A stretch of DNA of 64,000 nt from a virus. Position 1 is the stretch's first letter. Each line of letters starts with the position of its first letter. The translations under genes and the position numbers were made by a program. Below, one piece after another: positions 48,352 through 56,358 of this stretch. The notes below the pieces were generated by a model, which saw only the letters and a list, made by a program, of their open reading frames with translations, was not told the origin of the DNA and searched no databases. The stretch is taken from IMG/VR virus record IMGVR_UViG_3300007760_001422, positions 67,446 through 131,445 of that record; one strand, 5' to 3'.

Positions 48352-49049
48352 ATTTCGTATTCTCCTATATCTTCTTTATTGTAATTAGCTATTTGTTCAA
48401 TTTTATTAAATATTTGTGGACTTATTTTCTTAAGATAGAAGGGATCTCTAATAAAATACTCTTCAAAACCATTTGCAAAATATTCTCTCAAAGAAGTTAT
48501 TCCATAAGGAGACACAAACAACCCTGTAGAGATATTGGCTAATTTTTCATACCCAATGCTTTTATATAAAAACTCATCAAATTCTTCTGAATATTCGATG
48601 TTCAACATGTCATCTAAATATATCCCGTATGTTTCTGTTTTCAAAAGGCTGTATAGCCTTTTTCTTTTTCCCAGAAACTCCCCCTCTATCATCCCATCAG
48701 AATACAACTCATTCCAAAACGGCTCTTCTATAGAATGTGCCAATTCATGTACGACATCATCAATCAAATCCAGTTCGTCTGATTGGTGATTTGTTACATA
48801 TATTGCGCCGTCTTTATATAATGCATTAATGTTCCTTTCGTGAAATTCTTCAAAATCCCCAATATAAACCGTTTCTACATTATCAAACATATGTGATGGA
48901 ATCTTTTGTTCTATATAATTGATTACTTTTTTTAAATTAATTTTTTCAATAAAAGAATCCTTGATAAACATGTATACCTTATTGTGAATCATGAATTCTT
49001 TTGCATTTTTTTGAGTTTTTTGTGAGGATTCTTTAATATAGGTCTTCAT
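48348..49049 (-). CDS. Putative zincin metallopeptidase-like protein
   Basis: VVHELAHSIE (HExxH) with downstream REYFA. Confidence 0.6.
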   Translation of the reverse strand: MKTYIKESSQKTQKNAKEFMIHNKVYMFIKDSFIEKINLKKVINYIEQKIPSHMFDNVETVYIGDFEEFHERNINALYKDGAIYVTNHQSDELDLIDDVVHELAHSIEEPFWNELYSDGMIEGEFLGKRKRLYSLLKTETYGIYLDDMLNIEYSEEFDEFLYKSIGYEKLANISTGLFVSPYGITSLREYFANGFEEYFIRDPFYLKKISPQIFNKIEQIANYNKEDIGEYEI

Positions 49050-49353
49050 GTGATTTGGGCATTGTTTTTGCTACTACAATATTCGAATTTTCTTCAGGAT
49101 CCACATTATCATAAACATCGTTCATGGCCTGTTGGTAGCCTCGGATAAAGTTTTCTTCGGCAACCGGCAATAAAAATTCAGGAAATTCCCTTGCAACAAC
49201 TTCAATTATCATCTCCAATGTTACTTCATTATTTTCTGGATTTAGTGTCTCTCCAACATATTCCACGAGCCAATTTTTTAAATCTGTGTCTGGCTCTACT
49301 GTCTGTTGAAGTTCTGGGTTTTCATTATGAAAATCGCACATCTCTTCTGTCAT
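49033..49353 (-). CDS. Hypothetical protein
   Basis: 106-aa ORF with AGGAG SD. Confidence 0.65.
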   Translation of the reverse strand: MTEEMCDFHNENPELQQTVEPDTDLKNWLVEYVGETLNPENNEVTLEMIIEVVAREFPEFLLPVAEENFIRGYQQAMNDVYDNVDPEENSNIVVAKTMPKSHEDLY

Positions 49354-49396
49354 TTTATTTCTCCTTGTAAGAGGTTAACATAATTATTGCATATTT

Positions 49397-50728
49397 TTAA
49401 AGAATTTTTGAAGCCAAAGTTGCAACCTTTGAGCGTTCGCCCTTGATAAGCGTAATATGCCCAGCAAGATCATATTCTTTAAACTTTTCTATAGCATAAG
49501 TTAAACCATTCGTTGTTTCGTCAATATATACATTATCGATCTGCTCTATATCTCCGGTTAATATTATTTTAGTGTCCTCTCCAACTCTTGTTATAATTGT
49601 TTTTAATTCATGAGTTGTTAAATTTTGTGCCTCATCAACAATAATAAATGCATTTGATATAGAACGACCTCTTATATAGGTTAATGCTTCAATTTCAATT
49701 GTTCCATTGTCGACATACATTTGGACTGTTTCGCGATCATTGCCCATTAAAAATTGGAGATTGTCTTGTATCGGTGCGATCCATGGCGCCATTTTTTCTT
49801 CCATGGAGCCCGGTAAAAACCCTATGTCGCGGCCCATGGGTTGAATTGGGCGTGATACTATTAATCTTTTGTATCTTCTTGTTTTGCTATCTCCAGAATC
49901 CATAATTTGTGCTAGGGCCGCGGCCAATGCTAATAGGGTTTTACCCGAGCCGGCCTTGCCTATTAAAGACAGAACTTGAACATCTGGATCCATTAGAAGA
50001 TCTGCAGCAAAGGCTTGTTCTTTGTTTCTCGGGGACACACCCCAAATTCCTTTTTTATTAAAAGCGCCATTTACTTTTACTAGGGCCTTTTTATAATCAA
50101 CAAATTTGGCTAACGCAGTTTTTTTCTCATTCGAGTTTGAAACCAGCATTATAAATTGATTTGGATATGCAATAAGATCTTCTTTTTCTAATACAATTTC
50201 CTTTCCTTCATAAAATTGATCAATTGTCTGTTCATCCACTAGGTGGGTTGTAAATCCAGTATATATAGACTCTGTGTCTTTAACCAATTGATTGATCTGG
50301 TAATCTTCTGATGGCAGACCAATTGCATCGCACTTAACTCGCATGTTGATATCATTTGAAACAACAATAACCTTTTTTGAAGGCTCTTTTTCTTTTGTGG
50401 TTAAGGCCGTAGCTATAATTTGATTATCCGGGATGGTAATGTCATAATCTTTTGGTACAAGCTCTGATTTAAAAGATCTGGCATATGCGTAGCCTTTCCC
50501 TTTGCCGAGCTTGACTCCTTTGTTTAAATTCCCTTGAGATCTCAAGGAATCTAAAATTCTTATTATTTGTCGAGCGTTAGTACCAACGCCATCTTGGCGC
50601 CCCTTGTGCCTATCGATTTCTTCTAATACTTTAAGAGGGATAATTATATCATTGTTTTTAAAGGAATAAATCGACATTGCGTCAGATAAGTACACACTAG
50701 TGTCTAAAATATAATTTTTTTTCGTCAT
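49397..50728 (-). CDS. phoH: PIN-PhoH (PhoH2-type) ATPase/RNase
   Basis: PIN domain YILDTSV...EEID...DNQI...SNDINMR. PhoH domain GKAGSGKT, GFLPG, YIRGRS, DEAQN, GDIEQID, ERS. Confidence 0.95.
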   Translation of the reverse strand: MTKKNYILDTSVYLSDAMSIYSFKNNDIIIPLKVLEEIDRHKGRQDGVGTNARQIIRILDSLRSQGNLNKGVKLGKGKGYAYARSFKSELVPKDYDITIPDNQIIATALTTKEKEPSKKVIVVSNDINMRVKCDAIGLPSEDYQINQLVKDTESIYTGFTTHLVDEQTIDQFYEGKEIVLEKEDLIAYPNQFIMLVSNSNEKKTALAKFVDYKKALVKVNGAFNKKGIWGVSPRNKEQAFAADLLMDPDVQVLSLIGKAGSGKTLLALAAALAQIMDSGDSKTRRYKRLIVSRPIQPMGRDIGFLPGSMEEKMAPWIAPIQDNLQFLMGNDRETVQMYVDNGTIEIEALTYIRGRSISNAFIIVDEAQNLTTHELKTIITRVGEDTKIILTGDIEQIDNVYIDETTNGLTYAIEKFKEYDLAGHITLIKGERSKVATLASKIL

Positions 50729-50744
50729 AGAATACCGTTATATT

Positions 50745-50753
50745 ATAAATAGT
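50745..50753 (-). promoter_or_regulatory. Putative phage late-promoter motif (ACTATTTAT); one example of a recurring (C/A)TA(A/T/C)TTA element
   Basis: Related motifs lie shortly upstream of starts at 8996, 9450, 21669, 49380, 50822(+), 53542, 56390, 59195 and 63710. Confidence 0.5.
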
Positions 50754-50848
50754 TAACCGCTTTTTAAATTAAACAAAATATTTTTTTTCTCTATTATAAA
50801 AAGAACATAAGTTCTTTTCTCATAATTACTATTAGAGGTAACGCATAA

Positions 50849-51694
50849 ATGATTAAAATAACTCATGCTTCCATAATTCTACTACTACTCTTACTTAGTT
50901 CCTGCGCACATAATAATGTAAAAGGAAATACTTTTTTACCTATAGAAAGTTTTATTTCTATTGATAAGGTTTTAAAAATCAAAACATGTCATGAAGTAAC
51001 CGTTAAAGATTCTTCTGAAAAAGGCACAGAAACCAAAATTAAGAAAAAAGTATCAATCGATTGCAAAAATAAATCTTATAGTTCATATGCCTCTGCTTTT
51101 ATTGTTGGTAAAAACGACGTTGGGAGCTTTGCAATTACAGCTGCACATGTTTGCGATGATTCCGAGGCCAGAAAGGCTTTTCCGCAATCCAAAGTGTCTT
51201 CTAAATATACCATAACTACATTGGATGGAAATCCGCATAATGCAGTGGTGTTAAAATATAATAGAAAAGTCGATATATGTATGATATTTGTTGAAGGTCT
51301 TGTTTCTATAGAGCCGGTTAAATTAGCTTCTGATGGGCCAGAAATTGGTGATAAAATATATAATATTGCCGGGCCAAACGGCATTAGTGGTCGCAGAATG
51401 GTACCAATCTTTGAAGGTAGATATAGTGGTATACACCCCAGTTATCCTGCGGCACTCTATTCTCTTCCAGCTGCACCCGGGAGTTCAGGCTCTATGATTT
51501 TGAATAGCGACGGAAAATTAATAGGTATCGTACATAGTGTGTACGTTAGATTTCATCATCTTAGTTTATCTGTTACGTTTACAGATTTAAAAAACTTTAT
51601 CTTAAGTAATCTTAGTAAATATAAGAACTACGCAATGGCAGCAGAAAATGTATATATATCCAATTTAGGCACCGGGGCATGGCCAAAATATTAG
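50849..51694 (+). CDS. Trypsin-like (S1) serine protease with lipoprotein signal
   Basis: LLLLLLSSC lipobox-like signal; catalytic triad in TAAHV, VDI and PGSSGS. Confidence 0.85.
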   Translation: MIKITHASIILLLLLLSSCAHNNVKGNTFLPIESFISIDKVLKIKTCHEVTVKDSSEKGTETKIKKKVSIDCKNKSYSSYASAFIVGKNDVGSFAITAAHVCDDSEARKAFPQSKVSSKYTITTLDGNPHNAVVLKYNRKVDICMIFVEGLVSIEPVKLASDGPEIGDKIYNIAGPNGISGRRMVPIFEGRYSGIHPSYPAALYSLPAAPGSSGSMILNSDGKLIGIVHSVYVRFHHLSLSVTFTDLKNFILSNLSKYKNYAMAAENVYISNLGTGAWPKY

Positions 51695-52026
51695 CGAGTC
51701 CATATTAAATTTCCATTTATTGTCCGGACACTTTTTAAAAAACGATATGCATTTAGCGCTAGCATAACTCTATCTGCTTCAACCCAATCTTGAATTTCGT
51801 CTTCTGTAAAGGTCGTCAATGCGTTACAAAAAACCTTAACAAGTCTGCTAGCCTCTTCTAAACTATATTTTTTTATTTCATAGGAACCCTGCAAAGCAAC
51901 TTTATCACCAACGTACAAATCAATATTAAGTCTCCTATTTAAAAGCGAATCTTTAGCTAGAATAGTAATATTATTAGGTCTACATATATATTTATATACC
52001 CCTTTTCCAGTTGTACGTATGCCCAT
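51691..52026 (-). CDS. Hypothetical protein
   Basis: 111-aa ORF with GGGG SD. Confidence 0.55.
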   Translation of the reverse strand: MGIRTTGKGVYKYICRPNNITILAKDSLLNRRLNIDLYVGDKVALQGSYEIKKYSLEEASRLVKVFCNALTTFTEDEIQDWVEADRVMLALNAYRFLKSVRTINGNLIWTR

Positions 52027-52037
52027 GTGTGTCCCCT

Positions 52038-53099
52038 TTAGATGTTATTATACAAATAATTATCAAACAAGCCCATATATTCTATATATTTTTTTCCATG
52101 AATCGAATATAAGGCGGCTGCAACACTACTCAATAAAGAATTTCCATCCTGCGGGGTGAAACAAAAGCCAGTCACGGTAGTTTTGCCATTATTTCTTCCC
52201 GTATGGAGGGTGGGCAGAGAAACTACCGTATGGTTAAATATTCTACCATAATATCCATGATCTCGCCCAAACGAAAATACTTTATTTGAAAGATTTTTAT
52301 GTGTCGTTGCAATAAATTTATTGCTCTCAAGCTTTTCTATTATATCATTATCGGTCGCATATTTTTTAATATGCATATTAAACCTGATAGTGTGCATATA
52401 TTGAGTATTCACTTTGAGAGCACTCGAAAAAAGATTCGGATGTTCATACAGGGTAGCAAATAAATCATACGCATCTTTTGCATGATGCGTGCCAAAAGAA
52501 TAATTCTTATGAATCCCAACTTCTGGTGATGCTATAAAGCTTCCATTTTGGCTAATATCATTGGCGCGCCGAATACAAGTGAAGTCTCCATAGTGAAGGT
52601 CCGTTATCGTAGGGCATATAGTCTTGACGAGGGAGGAAATATTATGAGTATTACAACTAACTACCTGAATAAATCGTGAATCGGATTCAATTAGCGCATT
52701 GTCATTGATTCCATGGGCATATGGTATACCAAAACCCTTTTCGCTTCCTTGCGCTATAAAGCATTTATTTTTGTGTTTTTCTGAAAGAGGCAAATAGTGT
52801 TCTTCTTTAGCTGCATTTCCTGCGGGAGTACAATCAATAATGACATCACACAGTTCTAGAGCCGCCTCATAATTTAAAACCGGCTCGTGTCCTAGTGTTT
52901 GAAATTCTTCAACTTTCTCTGGATCAACAACTAAACTTGCGCCGCGGCTAATCATACTATTAACTTTCGCAATTTCGTCGACTAGTGGCGTACGCTTGTG
53001 AAAGAAAACACCGATATTTAATTTCTTTTTAAAATCTGCCAGTAAGCCGATCAATGGTTCCCCAATTGTACCGGTACCTATAATTAATACATTCTTCAT
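52038..53099 (-). CDS. Archaeal-type (class II) glyceraldehyde-3-phosphate dehydrogenase-like protein
   Basis: IGTGTIG, DCTP.G, QGSEK, VVSCNTH (archaeal GAPDH catalytic VSCNT), IRRAND, HHAKD, MH. Confidence 0.75.
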   Translation of the reverse strand: MKNVLIIGTGTIGEPLIGLLADFKKKLNIGVFFHKRTPLVDEIAKVNSMISRGASLVVDPEKVEEFQTLGHEPVLNYEAALELCDVIIDCTPAGNAAKEEHYLPLSEKHKNKCFIAQGSEKGFGIPYAHGINDNALIESDSRFIQVVSCNTHNISSLVKTICPTITDLHYGDFTCIRRANDISQNGSFIASPEVGIHKNYSFGTHHAKDAYDLFATLYEHPNLFSSALKVNTQYMHTIRFNMHIKKYATDNDIIEKLESNKFIATTHKNLSNKVFSFGRDHGYYGRIFNHTVVSLPTLHTGRNNGKTTVTGFCFTPQDGNSLLSSVAAALYSIHGKKYIEYMGLFDNYLYNNI

Positions 53100-53105
53100 T
53101 TTGCC

Positions 53106-53537
53106 TCATATTGTGTAATCAAACATTGTCTCACCATTCAAATGACAAATTTCATGTTGTACACATACACATTCTAACATACTTTTAGGACCAAATATCA
53201 TATTTTCTTCAATATTTTCTGCATATACTAATATTTCTTTATATCTCTTGGTTATAACCACTTGATTGGGGAAAGAAAGGCATGCTTCGTTGAAATTAAT
53301 GGTTTCCGGGGACGTATTAGTAAAAGTGGGGTTCATAAACCAAATCGGCCTTGTAACGTTGATGACGCATACGCGCTTGTTAATTCCTATTTGATTTGCC
53401 GCCAAGCCCACACCATCGGTTGATTTTTTTAAGACATCAAAAAGTAAATTTGCTATAGATTCTGCCTCTTCGTACGAGGCAACAGGCTCGCATTTTATTT
53501 TAAGATAAGAGACATCAGTTATAATATTAACTGGCAT
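53106..53537 (-). CDS. def: Peptide deformylase
   Basis: GVGLAANQIG, EACLS, QHEICHLNG (motifs 1-3). Confidence 0.93.
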   Translation of the reverse strand: MPVNIITDVSYLKIKCEPVASYEEAESIANLLFDVLKKSTDGVGLAANQIGINKRVCVINVTRPIWFMNPTFTNTSPETINFNEACLSFPNQVVITKRYKEILVYAENIEENMIFGPKSMLECVCVQHEICHLNGETMFDYTI

Positions 53538-53546
53538 ACGGACTAA

Positions 53547-53762
53547 TTAGTAATTATTTTCTCTTTTGGCCACTTCTTCTGGTGTGATGAAATCTAAAAT
53601 TTTGTTTTTATTCTTCTTACTTCGAAGAGTAATAAATTGCTTTTTAGTCCACATGAGATAGTTCATCTTTTCAACATAAAAAAGACTGTTTTTGTACTCT
53701 ACTAGTGTTCCAATATATATTCTCTTACCCTTCTTGTCTAGAGCGAACCTTTTTGTTAACAT
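53547..53762 (-). CDS. Small hypothetical protein
   Basis: 71-aa ORF in the operon. Confidence 0.5.
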   Translation of the reverse strand: MLTKRFALDKKGKRIYIGTLVEYKNSLFYVEKMNYLMWTKKQFITLRSKKNKNKILDFITPEEVAKRENNY

Positions 53763-54045
53763 TTTTTTCTTTTTTTCGCTTTTGTCCTTTAACGGATGCA
53801 GGCATCCAAGTTTTTATTTTGAACAAAGCGCCTCCTTTTCCACATCTCCTAATTTTAACGAGCATACCTTCATATTTTTCATTACTTGGGCCGCTAGTTG
53901 CTAGCGCTAATAATTTTTCCTTTTCTTTGGCAGCTTCTTCATATGTAGAAAACGTTTTGCCATCTTTCCATATTTTTGTTGTTTCTTTTAATTCATCCAT
54001 TAGCACTCTACCAATACACGCAAGGTTTGTCGACACTTGTAGCAC
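53725..54045 (-). CDS. Hypothetical basic protein
   Basis: ORF track; likely true start is MDELKE at 53999. Confidence 0.55.
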   Translation of the reverse strand: MLQVSTNLACIGRVLMDELKETTKIWKDGKTFSTYEEAAKEKEKLLALATSGPSNEKYEGMLVKIRRCGKGGALFKIKTWMPASVKGQKRKKEKNVNKKVRSRQEG

Positions 54046-54422
54046 GTTACAACATACAGGCCGGCCAGTAAGGCAGCTAACAAAAGACCACTGGGTGCTA
54101 GAAAAACATGAAAAGCAACTATATTAAGGACTATGGGTGCCAACACGACCAATACTAGGGGTGTATAACGCTTTGTAAGCAACAAAACGCCGCATACCAC
54201 CTCAACAAGCTTAAGGAACGGAAAGAAATAGCCTGCAGCTGCCAATCCGGCTAAAAAATCTGCGCCGGCATCAGAGACGGGCGGGGTTTCGAAAAAATTG
54301 AAAAACCCATTTAGACCAAACACAAGAAAAATAATCCCCAACACTAGTGGGGCGGCTTTGCTCAAATTTGTAATTGCTGATTCGAATAATTTATTCATTA
54401 TTATCTCCTTTTTAAAGATCAT
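54000..54422 (-). CDS. DoxX-like membrane protein
   Basis: LGIIFLVFGLNGFFNF...GYFFPFLKLVEVVCGVLLL...APIVLNIVAFH, four TM helices. Likely true start ~54398 after AAGGAG. Confidence 0.82.
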   Translation of the reverse strand: MIFKKEIIMNKLFESAITNLSKAAPLVLGIIFLVFGLNGFFNFFETPPVSDAGADFLAGLAAAGYFFPFLKLVEVVCGVLLLTKRYTPLVLVVLAPIVLNIVAFHVFLAPSGLLLAALLAGLYVVTCYKCRQTLRVLVEC

Positions 54423-54472
54423 TATATATTTAAATTGATTATTTTTTAAGATTTAAAGATGGTGTGTAACGA

Positions 54473-54935
54473 TGGAGGCGTCGGGGTTCGAACCCGAGTC
54501 CAAAATAATTACGTCATACTGCTTTTTAACAAGAATAGACAGCCCGCCTCCTTGACTGTCGGCCACCCGGTGCGCACGCGACTTAGTCGGGGAATCCATT
54601 TACCAAATAATTTCGCTATGGGTATGACTCATAGGGTCATTAAGTATAGCCTAGACCTTGGCTGGCCATGAATGTTGCCCAGCCGATTTTAATGCCTTCT
54701 TTACGGCCACAGCTGAACTAGGTTATTCGAACCCTTAAAAACTAATATATGATATCGTATATACTACCGAATTAACTTTTTTAATAAAGTGTTAATGACT
54801 TCAGATTATGCCGCAATGGCGTAATCAATTTCAACGTTATCGTTGGCATTTATAAAATTTAAGTTTTTTTATTGTGCTACTTTCACAATCTTGTACAAAA
54901 TGATTTCATTACTCTGTCGAAGCCATTTCGCCCCC
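54473..54935 (-). ncRNA. ssrA: tmRNA, ~463 nt, tag peptide ANDNVEIDYAIAA* (54806-54847)
   Basis: 5' GGGGGCG pairs with 3' CGCCUCC(A), including the G3:U alanine determinant. D-loop GAAAUGGCUUCGAC. T-arm UCGGG-UUCGAAC-CCCGA. Helix 2 CAGAGUAAU/AUUAUUUUG and ACAAG/CUUGU. Tag ORF follows AUAAAU. CCA is not encoded. Confidence 0.95.
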
Positions 54936-55109
54936 ATATCAAAGAACATATACCGCAAAGGTGTTGATTCTTCACATCAACAATGCTAGGCTCCTTTTAA
55001 TTGAGTTACCTCTTCACGAGAGCCATTGAAGATCTAATTGTTAATCCATATTATATTTAAATCCATTCTAATTTTAGCCTTTGCAATTTTAGAATGTACT
55101 ATCTTTTAT

Positions 55110-55140
55110 TTATATTATATGATTATATATCATGTGTCAA
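55110..55140 (-). promoter_or_regulatory. Possible sigma70 promoter for the tmRNA region
   Basis: TTGACA (55135-55140) followed 16-18 nt later by AT-rich -10 candidates (AATAAT/TAATAT); the -10 is imperfect. Confidence 0.4.
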
Positions 55141-55459
55141 GCTTTTTTACATATTTTTTTACGTATTTTCGAAAATCCTTTGGTGAAAGGCCTAACATGG
55201 CAGCTGCCTCTTTTTTGGTTCGGGCCGCAGACAAAGCATATGTAAGTAATGCTTCATTAACAAATTGTTTAACTGAATAAAATATTGGCATGCCATATAA
55301 TTTAGCGCCAAATAGTCGACTGGATATTTCTAATTTTAAAGCTATTATTTCTTCGAAGCTTAAAGAAGCTAGCATAATTTCGAATTCATCATTAATTTTG
55401 TGATCTTTTTTTAAAGTATTAGCAATATTATAATTTTCTATAGAGTCTTTTTGTTTCAT
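55130..55459 (-). CDS. Fis-like HTH DNA-binding protein
   Basis: C-terminal ALLTYALSAARTKKEAAAMLGLSPKDFRKYVKKY resembles the Fis/HTH_8 motif. Confidence 0.65.
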   Translation of the reverse strand: MKQKDSIENYNIANTLKKDHKINDEFEIMLASLSFEEIIALKLEISSRLFGAKLYGMPIFYSVKQFVNEALLTYALSAARTKKEAAAMLGLSPKDFRKYVKKYVKKLDT

Positions 55460-55545
55460 ATAGTTATTATAGTATGATTACTTAAAATAATTTAAGTCTT
55501 AAAATTTTGAAAATTTGATCATATAATGGGTAGGGATGGCGGAGG

Positions 55546-56358
55546 TTATAAACCTAATTCCGTAGCTGCTTCATTTTCACCCTCTTCAGTATCATATTCC
55601 TGCGTTGCTTCTTCGGCTGCTTCTGCTTCTTTTTCCGCTTCATATGCATCTGTTGTTGGTTCTTTTAACGATGTCTTAAGCTCGTCCTCAAATTTATCAA
55701 AATACAGTTTAACATTTGTTAACAAATAATCATAAAATAATTCGCGATCTTCGTCATCAGCTAGGCTTTCATAAGCATCTAAAACACTTTTTTCTACTTT
55801 ATTGTAGGTTTGCAGAGCAAAATTGCGGCCGGTTGTATCTTCCCCTTGGATGGTGAATTCGTCCTCTTCTTCGGGCTCTTCAGGTTCAACATCTTGTTGT
55901 CTTACGGGGATAAATTTATCTTCATCTCGTACGTCAATCTCAATATCTTCTTTTATAGCAGCCACTGCAGGCGCTTCAGAATCTGTGCGCCTTAGAGCGT
56001 TATCTGGCGCTAATGAATTCATAATTGCCCTTAAAACATGAGAACGAAATGATCTTCTTTGTTCATCGTTAGAGGTTAGAGCTTTATAGTCATCTTCTAT
56101 AACAGGGATAATTTTTTTGAGCAAATCTCCCAATATATTAATTCCAGTATTTTGATGAGGTACTTCTGCAGCAACGTCTGTGCTGGCCTCTTTTATTAGG
56201 AGCCGAATATAGTGTCGTAATTTTTGTTCTTCGAGCTTTGTTTTGATATTGGCCTTCTCTTTTCTTTCCTTAATCATACGAATAGATTTTCTTACCAAAG
56301 TGCGTAATTTTTTCTCTTCTTCTAATTCTTGCAAGAATTTCTCTCTTTCTAGTTGCAT
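55546..56358 (-). CDS. Hypothetical acidic/coiled-coil protein, possibly head-associated
   Basis: 270-aa ORF with AGGAG SD and an upstream CTATTTA motif. Confidence 0.7.
   Translation of the reverse strand: MQLEREKFLQELEEEKKLRTLVRKSIRMIKERKEKANIKTKLEEQKLRHYIRLLIKEASTDVAAEVPHQNTGINILGDLLKKIIPVIEDDYKALTSNDEQRRSFRSHVLRAIMNSLAPDNALRRTDSEAPAVAAIKEDIEIDVRDEDKFIPVRQQDVEPEEPEEEDEFTIQGEDTTGRNFALQTYNKVEKSVLDAYESLADDEDRELFYDYLLTNVKLYFDKFEDELKTSLKEPTTDAYEAEKEAEAAEEATQEYDTEEGENEAATELGL

Noticed and set aside
52038-53099. Archaeal host inferred from the archaeal-type GAPDH
   Set aside because: tmRNA, peptide deformylase, the sigma factor, sigma70 promoters and a peptidoglycan-lytic domain all point to a bacterial host.
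54459-54671. 70-aa plus-strand ORF and an apparent tRNA-like T-arm
   Set aside because: Both are explained by the minus-strand tmRNA; there is no anticodon arm, so this is not a tRNA.
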